From assembly GCA_000146465.1 (NCBI GenBank), contig CP001943.1: a stretch of DNA of 64,000 bases. One strand, written 5' to 3'. A program made the translations under genes and the position numbers. The notes under the pieces were generated by a model, which searched no databases, was not told the DNA's origin, and was given only the letters and a program-made list of their open reading frames with translations. Position 1 is the first letter of the stretch. Each line of letters starts with the position of its first letter. This document shows positions 28,929 to 38,180 of this stretch, piece by piece.

Positions 28929-29453
28929 CTAGAGGAGCACAATCGAATAAATAAATCCCTTATCGAATTTTTTTGAAACAAGAGGAGGGTCTGCTCTGAG
29001 CATTGTGTTAAGAATGTCGACACATCTGTATCTTGAGATTCCTGTGTTTTTGATAATTTCTTCCAGCACGGCTCCTTCTCTATTATCATAAAGAAACCTT
29101 GCTATTTTTGCAGCATTGTTCCTGAATAGCTTATTACCAGTTGTGGTGGATCCCATTCTTTCTATAAACTCCTGCAAGCTTTCCTCTCCTCTTATGTTTG
29201 AGAAAGATGATGTTGTCTCTTCTTTAGTTTTTTCCTTAGGAATAACTTTCTTAGGAAAAACTATGGTTTGGGAAGTCTTGTCCAAGTCTAGATTGTGCTC
29301 AACACCACGGATTGTGTATGCGTCAAAGGCTGCCAGTAGTGCCTCCACCTTGTAGTTAAACTCTTTGATGTGGGAGCTACTTTGGATTATTACTTCGAGT
29401 TTCCTTTTGACTTCACTCACTAACCTTGAGATTTCCTTAAGCTTCTCATCCAT
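28929..29453 (-). CDS. Hypothetical protein; the C-terminus may be winged-helix-like
   Basis: 174-aa ORF. ATG preceded by CCC on the minus strand (cttatCCCATG). No confident family assignment. Confidence 0.25.
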   Translation of the reverse strand: MDEKLKEISRLVSEVKRKLEVIIQSSSHIKEFNYKVEALLAAFDAYTIRGVEHNLDLDKTSQTIVFPKKVIPKEKTKEETTSSFSNIRGEESLQEFIERMGSTTTGNKLFRNNAAKIARFLYDNREGAVLEEIIKNTGISRYRCVDILNTMLRADPPLVSKKFDKGFIYSIVLL

Positions 29454-29533
29454 GGGATAAGACCATTGATGGATAATATCTTTAAGCCCCAGATCCAGCT
29501 TCCAAAATCAAAAAACAGCTTCTTTATGCCCCC

Positions 29534-30865
29534 ATGTCTAACGATGACTTAGGAACCTGGCTAAAGGCAGCTGCTGAAAACAAAATCACAACAAAGAATA
29601 CATGGAAGTCAACCCTAATTGACCACTTTACAAATATAGATGAGTTTCGAGAAAAACAAGGGATTAACTTTCAGAAGGCCAGCTTTACGTTGGATGGGTG
29701 TGCCAAGGTTTATTCGACGCGTGTAGACGACGTTTCTGAAAATGCAATGAGACTTCTGGAAGGATTTGGGAGAGAAGAAGGGAAAAAGAGGCAAGCTAAA
29801 AAGAACAAAACAACAATAGAAAAGAACATTCTTAATCTTAATATCAAAGTAAGTGCGTCGAGAAGGCTGGTTGATCCGAAGTTTCTGTACTTGTCGTCGT
29901 TGGCTGAGAATGCTTTAATGATCGATGCATTGGGAATTTCGTCAGACGGAATGTTTAGGATGACGTCTTCTAGGGATTGGGAGACTGTAGTTGTAGACGA
30001 TCTCAAACTATCTGTAAACCTTCCTCAGGGACTGCAGATTTCTCCTAGTATAAACGAGGATAAAGAGATAAAGGATATTATTATCGACCCTATAGTAGGC
30101 AATGATGACGAGTCCTCTGGGGGATCGGGGGGTTTTGGGATTGACAATCATCCTGACTTCTCCGAGTTTCCTCCTACTGCGGATAACCAGAATCTTGCTT
30201 ACAAAGAGACTTCGTTTTCTTATTTCAAGGGATGGGCAGGGCCAAATCACTGGAAAGTACAGGCAAAAAAAGGAAAGGGAGGATCACAGAAACCCAAGGA
30301 AACTTCTTTTTTGGACTTTACAGAAATAATAGACCACGAGGGCATACTTGAGGCAGGAAACACCCTCTTTGAGCCTTCTTTGATAGTAGAGCGTAGAGAA
30401 AACCATCATGTACTACCTCAGGACTTTAGATTGGAGGTGGAAGATCTGTACAGATATCTAGTAAGAGATGGGCTTTTTCATAGGAAAGACCAAAGTCATA
30501 TGGATGAAATCTCTTTTGATTACTCTCCAGATCCGTGCATTGTGGAGGAACCTGAGGACGAGTTTATAACTGATGCTCCTTCTCAGGGAAACCAAAGAAG
30601 CACAGTCCCGCTTAGAAAGACATCCAAGAAAATCAACATCAAAAAGCTGAAGGATAATGTATTTGATTTCGTTAGAGAGGGAAGCACCAGTTTGCTTTCC
30701 ATATTTAAAAGTGTACCCAAGATATATGATAGCGAAGAGTCTAAAGATATTTCTATGCATCTTTGTTTTATTTCTCTTCTTCATCTTGCCAATGAGAAGA
30801 ATATTCAACTTAAAGACGTAGGAGATGATGTAAAGGTATGGATATCACCAGATTCAAGAACTTAG
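29534..30865 (+). CDS. BRN1: Condensin complex subunit 2 (kleisin Brn1/Barren/NCAPH-like)
   Basis: The N-terminal kleisin motif GINFQKASFTLDGCAKVYSTRVDDV is the conserved Barren N-domain, and the C-terminus has a winged-helix-like segment. ATG preceded by gCCCCC. Confidence 0.5.
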   Translation: MSNDDLGTWLKAAAENKITTKNTWKSTLIDHFTNIDEFREKQGINFQKASFTLDGCAKVYSTRVDDVSENAMRLLEGFGREEGKKRQAKKNKTTIEKNILNLNIKVSASRRLVDPKFLYLSSLAENALMIDALGISSDGMFRMTSSRDWETVVVDDLKLSVNLPQGLQISPSINEDKEIKDIIIDPIVGNDDESSGGSGGFGIDNHPDFSEFPPTADNQNLAYKETSFSYFKGWAGPNHWKVQAKKGKGGSQKPKETSFLDFTEIIDHEGILEAGNTLFEPSLIVERRENHHVLPQDFRLEVEDLYRYLVRDGLFHRKDQSHMDEISFDYSPDPCIVEEPEDEFITDAPSQGNQRSTVPLRKTSKKINIKKLKDNVFDFVREGSTSLLSIFKSVPKIYDSEESKDISMHLCFISLLHLANEKNIQLKDVGDDVKVWISPDSRT

Positions 30866-30881
30866 GGATAAATTAGCTTCT

Positions 30882-32894
30882 TCACTGTCCTTTCTCTATG
30901 AAGTCCCAAGTGGGGATTATGCTGATTCTTCTAAGGAATTCTGTCTCCTCGCCAAATCCGTAAGTTAGTCTTGAGTAGAGGAAGAAAAATACAATCACAA
31001 AAAACGTAAACACAGCAACAAATCCCAATCTGGCAAATTTCATGATATAGCATAATGAAAACAATGCAAAAAACAAGGCGGGATAATAGTGATGGAAGTA
31101 CAGCACTCTCTTAACAAAGAAAAAGGGAATGTAGTGCAGGAGCCATCCACAACAAGACAGAAAAACCATGTATCCTTCGTTCCTTAGGAATGCCAGTGGT
31201 TTCCCCTTTCGCTTTCGGCTGATTACTCTGCAAAGAAGAACAATCGGTGAAAGAATCACACAAATTCCTGAAGAGTACCATACAAGTGGATTTCCAAACA
31301 TATAGAACTTCTCGTTCTGTCCGTCCCACGCGGTCATTCTTAATCCTCTTTTGAGGATGAACCACTCATATGGCTTTGAAACAATTCTTTCCGGCTCCAG
31401 ATCTTCATCCTGAATGAAAGAAGCATTTGTAATAAACATAGCCTTATTATGCTCCACAAACTTCTTTGAAAATGGATATCTTGTGATCTCTTTATACACA
31501 GGATTTTTCTCTTCGCTCAGCTTTGCAGATGTGTTTTCCTCGACATTCCAAAGAGTTGCCTCGCCCTTCTTGGCTCCACAGATGACCTCTCCCTGCTCAA
31601 ATCCCCACGAAGGATATTTTCTTGATGAAGGCTTGAGATAGCAGTTATGTTTGGTGCTGAACAGCCTGAATTTGGTTGTAAGAGTTTTTACTCGGCCCTC
31701 CTTTTTTATGGCGTCTTCTACTATTTCTATTTTGAACAGGTTCGTATCGGAAAGGTGGCTTCCTGAGGACTCTGCTCTCAAACCACTTGACATAAGAGAA
31801 TGGTTGCCTGGAATGTCCAAATACTTCCTAGTCTCCATGTGCAGAAGAACAACTGTGTCACCTGACGAAATGAACTCTGCATCTTCTAGGTCATCAGTCA
31901 CCTTTTGAAGTACCCAGGCGTTGTTTTCGTCCTTATGATGATAGATGGTTACTTGATTATTCTCTCCGTTCGGATACTTGTGGTCGTGGGAATGGAGATA
32001 TCCTCCTCCTGTCTTGGAGGACTTAATTGTCACCTTAGTTCCAAACAATGGATATTTTCTGTTGTTACCTATGTCACTTCCCTTGAGGGTTGCTTGAAAG
32101 AGTGAGCTCATATGTCCATCGTCGCTACTACTCCTGTTTACCATCTCAAAGTGGATGTAAAACAATAGAACGTACAAAGACGCCGGAATACAAATCAGAA
32201 AAAACGCCTTCATAAGAAACAGCTTGGCAAATCCCAAAATGCTTTCTTTAGAGGTAATATTACACCATAGACAATAGATGGTAAACAATCCAACCAGGCT
32301 CATTGTCAAAAATCCAATCCACTTAATGCTCAGGACGCAGCCCAAAGTTATTCCCAGAAGAGAAATAGAGGCCAAATCTATCTTTTCCTTAGATCTAAAG
32401 TACATTCTAGTCATGAAGTATGCAACTGCAGCCGTAAATGTCAGGAGATGGGAGTCCAAAAGTATTAGTCTTCCAATGGATGTAAACCCATTCTCAAATA
32501 TAAATATTAAAGAAAGAAGAATTCTACGCTTGTATGAATACTTCATTTCTTTAAGCATTAGGTATCCAAGAACTGGCATAAAAGACGCTATGGCAGAATG
32601 AAATCTCCGCATTCCCGAATAATCAAATCCTTTAGGAAATTTCTCTCCTGATTTAAATTCGAAGTCCAGAGGTTGGTTAAAAAGATATCCTCCAAGAGAA
32701 GTTAGTATCTTACCGAGGGGAGGATGGACATCAAAGTAAAACTTTCTGGATAGATATTTCTCCGAAAACTTCCCAAAATGGGCTTCATCCCATACAACAA
32801 AGTCTCCGTTCTCTATCCGGTAGGTTTTCATAACTATACTCAATGTGAATATCAAGAGGACGGTAGATATCTCAAGGTATTTGGACTTTGCCAT
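30882..32894 (-). CDS. PMT: Dolichyl-phosphate-mannose protein O-mannosyltransferase (PMT family)
   Basis: Loop-1 DE motif (VVWDEAHFGKF), multiple transmembrane helices, central MIR-type repeats (HSHDHKYPNGENNQVTIYHH..., LHMETRKYLD...) and a C-terminal multi-pass region. ATG start. Confidence 0.7.
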   Translation of the reverse strand: MAKSKYLEISTVLLIFTLSIVMKTYRIENGDFVVWDEAHFGKFSEKYLSRKFYFDVHPPLGKILTSLGGYLFNQPLDFEFKSGEKFPKGFDYSGMRRFHSAIASFMPVLGYLMLKEMKYSYKRRILLSLIFIFENGFTSIGRLILLDSHLLTFTAAVAYFMTRMYFRSKEKIDLASISLLGITLGCVLSIKWIGFLTMSLVGLFTIYCLWCNITSKESILGFAKLFLMKAFFLICIPASLYVLLFYIHFEMVNRSSSDDGHMSSLFQATLKGSDIGNNRKYPLFGTKVTIKSSKTGGGYLHSHDHKYPNGENNQVTIYHHKDENNAWVLQKVTDDLEDAEFISSGDTVVLLHMETRKYLDIPGNHSLMSSGLRAESSGSHLSDTNLFKIEIVEDAIKKEGRVKTLTTKFRLFSTKHNCYLKPSSRKYPSWGFEQGEVICGAKKGEATLWNVEENTSAKLSEEKNPVYKEITRYPFSKKFVEHNKAMFITNASFIQDEDLEPERIVSKPYEWFILKRGLRMTAWDGQNEKFYMFGNPLVWYSSGICVILSPIVLLCRVISRKRKGKPLAFLRNEGYMVFLSCCGWLLHYIPFFFVKRVLYFHHYYPALFFALFSLCYIMKFARLGFVAVFTFFVIVFFFLYSRLTYGFGEETEFLRRISIIPTWDFIEKGQ

Positions 32895-32961
32895 TATATT
32901 TTTGCCTTTTCTCCTTTTTAAGCCACACCTGAAACATGTTTCAATTGTCGATCAAATTACT

Positions 32962-33537
32962 TTAATCACCTCGATCTTCCCTGGCTGCTGAAAGCCTTTC
33001 TACCTTTCCTCCAATGAAATCTCTTATTCCTCTTTCGTTAATCGTATGAAATACATTCTTCTTTAAAGCTTCCCTATCCAACTCTAGAACATTGTCTTTA
33101 CACTTTACAAATAAATTGAATAGGGCCACCTCGTTATAGAACGGATGGTCTATATTACACAGATCCATTTCTTCTTCAGGCCTGTCATAAAGAATAAAGT
33201 TAAGCATCTTCCCATATTCCCTATCCAGACTACTCAATGAGGAGGTTGTCTTATTTCTGGTGCAGAAGTCATAATGAACTCGGAGAGCAAAAGAAATGTC
33301 TCCTGTGATTCCCTTTTCGCTTTTAAGAATTCCATTGATGATTCTTCTTTCGTCTGATGTATTTTCCCGATTGGCAGATGATTTGAGCATACCCATTATT
33401 TTTCTCTTTAGAGATATCTCCGGACCAAAATCCATACCGGGATCAAGAATACTTACCAGCTTATCGTATCCGTAAATATCTCTTTTCGCCAGATTCTTCC
33501 ATGCTGTCTTCTTTCTCTCGATGGCTTCCTTAATCAT
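32962..33537 (-). CDS. Hypothetical protein
   Basis: The track start at 33591 is TTG, and the first ATG (MIKEAIERKK) is at 33537. 191 aa. No family recognised. Confidence 0.25.
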   Translation of the reverse strand: MIKEAIERKKTAWKNLAKRDIYGYDKLVSILDPGMDFGPEISLKRKIMGMLKSSANRENTSDERRIINGILKSEKGITGDISFALRVHYDFCTRNKTTSSLSSLDREYGKMLNFILYDRPEEEMDLCNIDHPFYNEVALFNLFVKCKDNVLELDREALKKNVFHTINERGIRDFIGGKVERLSAAREDRGD

Positions 33538-33875
33538 TTGCTGTCTCCTATTTCCACAAATGACGGGGTTGTATTTCCCCCGAGTAACCAAGGATACATA
33601 CAGCTTCAGGTTCTCTGATCTCCTCTGGCCCTTAAAATTACTCGAGGATCGGAGGCAACCCTTTCCACATATGATCTTTTTCTCTTGGCATTCGGATGCA
33701 GATATAGATGTGATTTATCTGAGATTCTTATTCTTACAGCTGTAAACTTCGTTCTGTTTCCTACTAGCATGTATCCCTCACACAAACAGATAGAAACCTT
33801 TCTTGAAAAGAAGATCCCATAATCCAAAATCATTCGCTAGGGTTGGTTGAAAAATTAAAAACACCACATCCAGAG

Positions 33876-35537
33876 TCATCGAAACAAGTGTGAAAATATA
33901 TAATCCGTGCTGTACTTCTTTTCGGCAGACACTTCTCCCTTATAGTTCTTAGATACAAAGCAGTGTGTATATTCATTCCCTTCTGTAATTGTTCCTCCTC
34001 CGTTTACGATGACTCTTGCATAGCTTTCCCTCTTCTGTTCATCACAGTACAGTCTAACAATCCATCTGTGGAATGCTGGCTTCCCTTTGGATGCCACTCT
34101 TTCTCTCCATTTTTTGATTGAGGCCACAATCTTTCTCTCCTTTTCTGGAGTATTCTCGTCTGCAGTCCATTCATACTTACCGAAATCAAAGTTTGCCGAG
34201 TTATCAAAATTATCTATGAAATCAGGCCTGAGAATCCATCCTCCATTGCACAAGCACGATAAAAACTTTTCGGACGTACATACACTACCCATGATGAGAT
34301 GGGTACATTTCTCATATCGGTCTCCATCACTATACCTTACCCTTAGTTTTTCAAATCTCTCGATTGCTTTGCTCTTCAGGATTGGAGATAACCCTGTAAA
34401 TTGGAACAGCATAAATCTAGAAGCAAAGATCCCGGTCTTTCTGGACATTTCATCTTTTTTGTTTTCTATAAACAAATTTGAAGGTTCTATTCCTATCCTA
34501 TACTTGTCTTCATTCACATATCTCATCCGATGCAGACACTGGTCAACCCATGACAGTAATACGACTTTATATGGAGTATGTCTATTTCCTGTATATTCTT
34601 TCCTGTCTCTTATTATTAGATGTGTACAGCTCGCATCAACTTCTTCTTTCACAATCGCTCCTAAAGCTCTTAGTTTATTAAACACTTCTACCTTCAGTTC
34701 CCTCAGACTCGCGTCAATGCAGCATACCGCTTCACTCAGAATAGCATTACTTCTTCCAAAATAAACTTTATAGGGCCCAGGAAGTAAAATAGAGTCTGTC
34801 TCAACGCAATCGAAAACATACTGATAGTGAAAGACCTTTCCATCATGTCTCTTAAATTCCCCATGTGATTCCGCCACTATGAAATCAACATCTCTATCAA
34901 CAACCGACACACGTGTTCCTCCGTTCGATATAATTAATCTTCTGAGACGATTGAAAAGGATCTTTGGAAGCTTCGAATCAAGGAAAAATACCTTCCCGTT
35001 AAACAAAGGTTCGCCGGCTGAGTCTATGGCTTTAAAATGAGGTTCCTTTTTGTATGCTCCATAGTCATTTCCAAACACAGAATGGGATGTGACAACCGGA
35101 ATTCCATACTTCTTACAGAACTCTGTCTTCTCATTGCATTGGGAATTAGTAATCAGAAAATCTGTCCAAGCAGTAAGATTTTCGGTGAAGGATGCGCCAA
35201 GAAGACAATGGTAATTGATAAGAGAGTCGTCGGTCACTCCGGAGATTGTAAAACTAGACCCTGAAAGTGGTGTCATCTCATACTTCTTTGTGTTTTCATC
35301 TGTATCGTACAACCATCTGACATGGAGAATCTTTATATTCCATTTCAAAGCCTGGATATACTTCTCTGTCATCATTGCCTTGTAGGAAACTAGGTAATCT
35401 GTAGTGGTGGACAGCGTATCCTCGAGAATCACATGTTTTGGGAGCTGGCTCCTTATTAAGTCCTGTTCATCTCTTGAAATTCCCGTTGTGCACACAAACA
35501 CATTTGGCTTGAACGTGCTCTGGATTTCAAAATCCAT
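33876..35537 (-). CDS. BRCT-repeat protein (Dpb11/TopBP1/Rad4-like replication and checkpoint scaffold)
   Basis: Several BRCT-like units (FKPNVFVCTTGISRDEQDLIRSQL..., GKVFFLDSKLPKILFNRLRRLIISNGGTRV..., LFQFTGLSPILKSKAIERF...). ATG preceded by GGAGGGT. Confidence 0.4.
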   Translation of the reverse strand: MDFEIQSTFKPNVFVCTTGISRDEQDLIRSQLPKHVILEDTLSTTTDYLVSYKAMMTEKYIQALKWNIKILHVRWLYDTDENTKKYEMTPLSGSSFTISGVTDDSLINYHCLLGASFTENLTAWTDFLITNSQCNEKTEFCKKYGIPVVTSHSVFGNDYGAYKKEPHFKAIDSAGEPLFNGKVFFLDSKLPKILFNRLRRLIISNGGTRVSVVDRDVDFIVAESHGEFKRHDGKVFHYQYVFDCVETDSILLPGPYKVYFGRSNAILSEAVCCIDASLRELKVEVFNKLRALGAIVKEEVDASCTHLIIRDRKEYTGNRHTPYKVVLLSWVDQCLHRMRYVNEDKYRIGIEPSNLFIENKKDEMSRKTGIFASRFMLFQFTGLSPILKSKAIERFEKLRVRYSDGDRYEKCTHLIMGSVCTSEKFLSCLCNGGWILRPDFIDNFDNSANFDFGKYEWTADENTPEKERKIVASIKKWRERVASKGKPAFHRWIVRLYCDEQKRESYARVIVNGGGTITEGNEYTHCFVSKNYKGEVSAEKKYSTDYIFSHLFR

Positions 35538-35608
35538 ACCCTCCTAGCTCTAATTCATGGCTAAATATAAAAGGTGATCACTACTCCAAAGAATACCAAA
35601 CAAAGAAT

Positions 35609-35926
35609 TTATTTTTCGCTTCCACCGGAGACATGCTCTACCAACGCAGAAACAACGTCTCCTTTGTTTCTCACATCTCTAAGCTTCTTGACCTTCATCT
35701 CAAATTCGGATTTTAGCCTTTCATCAACTACTTTTATGTATTCCTCAACTTCCTTTTCTAGAAGAAGTAACCTACTTTCGTTTTCCTTTCTAAGGTCCTC
35801 AACCATCAATCCTGCATCTCTTCTCGCTTGAGCCCTCATCTCCTCAAGCTCCCTACGTGCCATCTCTAGCTTCTCTTTGGCATCGTTCTCGCACTGGACA
35901 AGTCTTTTAATACTTTCGACAGACAT
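35609..35926 (-). CDS. Small coiled-coil protein, possibly V-type ATPase subunit G
   Basis: 105 aa with N-terminal SIKRLVQCENDAKEKLEMARRELEEMRAQAR, like the V-ATPase G N-terminal helix. ATG preceded by caGGGGt. Confidence 0.3.
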   Translation of the reverse strand: MSVESIKRLVQCENDAKEKLEMARRELEEMRAQARRDAGLMVEDLRKENESRLLLLEKEVEEYIKVVDERLKSEFEMKVKKLRDVRNKGDVVSALVEHVSGGSEK

Positions 35927-36037
35927 ACCCCTGTGTTGGGCGCGTTGCTTGTCTTTTATAAGCCCGAGTGTTCAAACCCAACATAAAGCAAATGTGTTTA
36001 TTTGTACAAAAAATAGACAGATATTTTCTTGTAATAT

Positions 36038-37315
36038 TTATTTTCGTCGTCTTCCGTATACAACTCTGTGTATTCTCCCAAAATACAATGTCTCTCCTCT
36101 CCTCAGAAAATATAAGAAGACCCTTATTTTTCTTTTTCTTCTTCCCATGCATACAACCTCTGCGATGTTGTTGTTTTCAAACTCGATGTCCTTGTCTAGG
36201 TATTCTGCCATATCCGGTGTAAAGAACAATCTTTTATCGGAATATGCAATTAGCTTCAAGTTGCGCGTCTCAAAGCATTCCATCAATCTTTTAAAAGTCA
36301 AGGTCCCATCGTAAAGAACTCCATACCAATGATAGGAGCAGGTACGACATCCCGGATTTCTTTCGCATGTCTCTAGCTTTCGGATGATATTTCCATTGTC
36401 GACACAGTAATAATTGCACTTATTCTTAACAGATAGGATCATCAGGGATGCGATTATTGAGTTTATTGTGCTCAAAGACGGAATTATATTCCCTGCTATC
36501 GTAACTGCATCGTCAAAGGATAAGGGTTTGATTCCTGCACACATTCCTCTTATGTATGCCACATTGTAAATGTATTCCAAAACATCTCTCTTGTCTTTGT
36601 CAAACGAGATGAGATCCGAACTTCCTAAAATCTCGACTATTTTCTTGGTTTTTTCTTTGTAGTCTTCACTGCTTCTGAACTTCTCTAACTCGCCTGGAGT
36701 CGACATATCTTCGCAATTTTCTATAATGTCTTTCAGATGTCTTGGATAAAAGTCTTGTTCACCGTCTACCTTCAACTTCATTTCGAGAAACACGTACTTT
36801 GCCCAGGAAATGCAATGTTCAAAACTGGTCGGCCTTGATCGGATCGTGCACACCAGATGCTCTCTTGAAATCCTCTTTGGAATGCAATCAAAACATTCCG
36901 AGTTGTAGTCGAAATAATACGCCTGGCCCTTGAACCCACCGCTTCCTCCATCAACCAAGGGTGTTTTTGAGATAAAGCATCTTTGATTCACATAACTTCG
37001 TACTTCGATACTGTCCAAACAGCTATAGACTGTCTCATACTCTGCAAAAAACCTTGCATCAAATTCTGTGATGTCTGCACATATTGGAAAGACTTTACAT
37101 TTCTTGTTCATTTTCCTAAAAACTTTGGCTGCTACAATTGCTTTACTTTTTCCAATGTCTTTTCTACCGAAGAAAAACTGCCGGTTAAGGTTTGAAAGGT
37201 CAACGTTATCGCAGTCTATCAATGTTATACTCTCTAAATTCTTTGTTGCTAGCAACTTCAGCAATTCACATCCTATTCCTCCACACCCCACTACCAAGAC
37301 TCTTCCACGGATCAT
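36038..37315 (-). CDS. UBA2: SUMO-activating enzyme subunit 2 (Uba2, ThiF/E1 family)
   Basis: RVLVVGCGGIGCELLKLLATKNLESITLIDCDNVDLSNLNRQFFF (E1 nucleotide-binding fold); catalytic-Cys region LVCTIRSRPTSFEHCISWAKYVF; zinc motif ECFDC. The track start at 37354 is TTG. The ATG (MIRGRVLVVGCGG) is at 37315. Confidence 0.6.
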   Translation of the reverse strand: MIRGRVLVVGCGGIGCELLKLLATKNLESITLIDCDNVDLSNLNRQFFFGRKDIGKSKAIVAAKVFRKMNKKCKVFPICADITEFDARFFAEYETVYSCLDSIEVRSYVNQRCFISKTPLVDGGSGGFKGQAYYFDYNSECFDCIPKRISREHLVCTIRSRPTSFEHCISWAKYVFLEMKLKVDGEQDFYPRHLKDIIENCEDMSTPGELEKFRSSEDYKEKTKKIVEILGSSDLISFDKDKRDVLEYIYNVAYIRGMCAGIKPLSFDDAVTIAGNIIPSLSTINSIIASLMILSVKNKCNYYCVDNGNIIRKLETCERNPGCRTCSYHWYGVLYDGTLTFKRLMECFETRNLKLIAYSDKRLFFTPDMAEYLDKDIEFENNNIAEVVCMGRRKRKIRVFLYFLRRGETLYFGRIHRVVYGRRRK

Positions 37316-37401
37316 GCAAGGCTTCTGGTAATGGGGCTTATATAGACTATGCAATGAACATTAAAGATAAAGCATGGAATGGAAATCCATATGAAATAGC
37401 T

Positions 37402-37992
37402 TTAATCCTTCTTTTCATCGGAAACGTAGAAGATATTTATGGTTCCTTGTTCGGAGCTCAGCTTAAGCTTATAGAAACCTTTTTCATATCGAGGATATTC
37501 CATTATGGTTTCCGAAGGTGCCTTAACTGCAAAAACGAGGTTTCCATCTAGAGAAGGAAGGTTCTGGAGGTCTGAGTATGTAACATATGCATTTGCAAGA
37601 TTCTTTTCCGACTGGGAAAGCATTGAAATCTCTTCATTGAGCCTGAAAAGGGTTTCGTCCAGATCATCGCCTTTTAGAACATTTTCTGGATTTAGATAGG
37701 AATTCTCCTGGTTTTCCTTTTCTTCATCATCAAGTAAATACCGATCTATGTTTCCGCCAATCCACTTTGCGTTGCTTACAGACCATTTACTCAAAAGTCC
37801 TAATCCTTCCAATACATTCGTTATGTCGTATATTCTTCTCTTTCCTACATTCAGCTCTATCGATGCCTGGTGAATGCTTATGTTATGGTCTGGTGCCATA
37901 CTCACAAGCTTTAGAAATCTCTTGGTAAGGTTGTAAAGCGAGTTTTCCGATCTAATAGACGACAATCTGTCCGAAGTCGATTTTCTTGCCAT
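37402..37992 (-). CDS. E2F: E2F-family transcription factor
   Basis: Winged-helix DNA-binding domain LTKRFLKLVSMAPDHNISIHQASIELNVGKRRIYDITNVLEGLGLLSK (RRIYDITNVLEG signature) followed by a coiled-coil dimerisation region. ATG preceded by aaactCCCtc. Confidence 0.6.
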   Translation of the reverse strand: MARKSTSDRLSSIRSENSLYNLTKRFLKLVSMAPDHNISIHQASIELNVGKRRIYDITNVLEGLGLLSKWSVSNAKWIGGNIDRYLLDDEEKENQENSYLNPENVLKGDDLDETLFRLNEEISMLSQSEKNLANAYVTYSDLQNLPSLDGNLVFAVKAPSETIMEYPRYEKGFYKLKLSSEQGTINIFYVSDEKKD

Positions 37993-38180
37993 GAGGGAGT
38001 TTCGGCAGAAATGGTTTTAGTCGAAATAAGGAAGCAAGTTTTTGATTTGGGGCAATTCCCACACACCCGAAAATGAAAACCTAAAGCATCAGGCAGTTGC
38101 ATACATGGCAGAGGCGAAAGCATGCCACACTTGAGAAAGACTTAAGGTTCTTATAAATGTTATTAATTTCTCCACCCTTT

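Noticed and set aside
33521-33833. Two overlapping small ORFs (74 and 75 aa) in the 284-bp spacer between the 32962 gene and the BRCT gene; the minus one has a CCC 6 nt upstream of its ATG
   Set aside because: Arg/Ser-rich low-complexity products with no family resemblance, overlapping the start region of the neighbouring gene. Kept as unlikely, but the CCC context means transcript data should be checked.
37993-38180. Search for an E2F binding site (TTTSSCGC) in the divergent E2F/ProRS promoter
   Set aside because: Only loose resemblances (tttggggcaattcc, cccgaaaatg). No consensus site was found.
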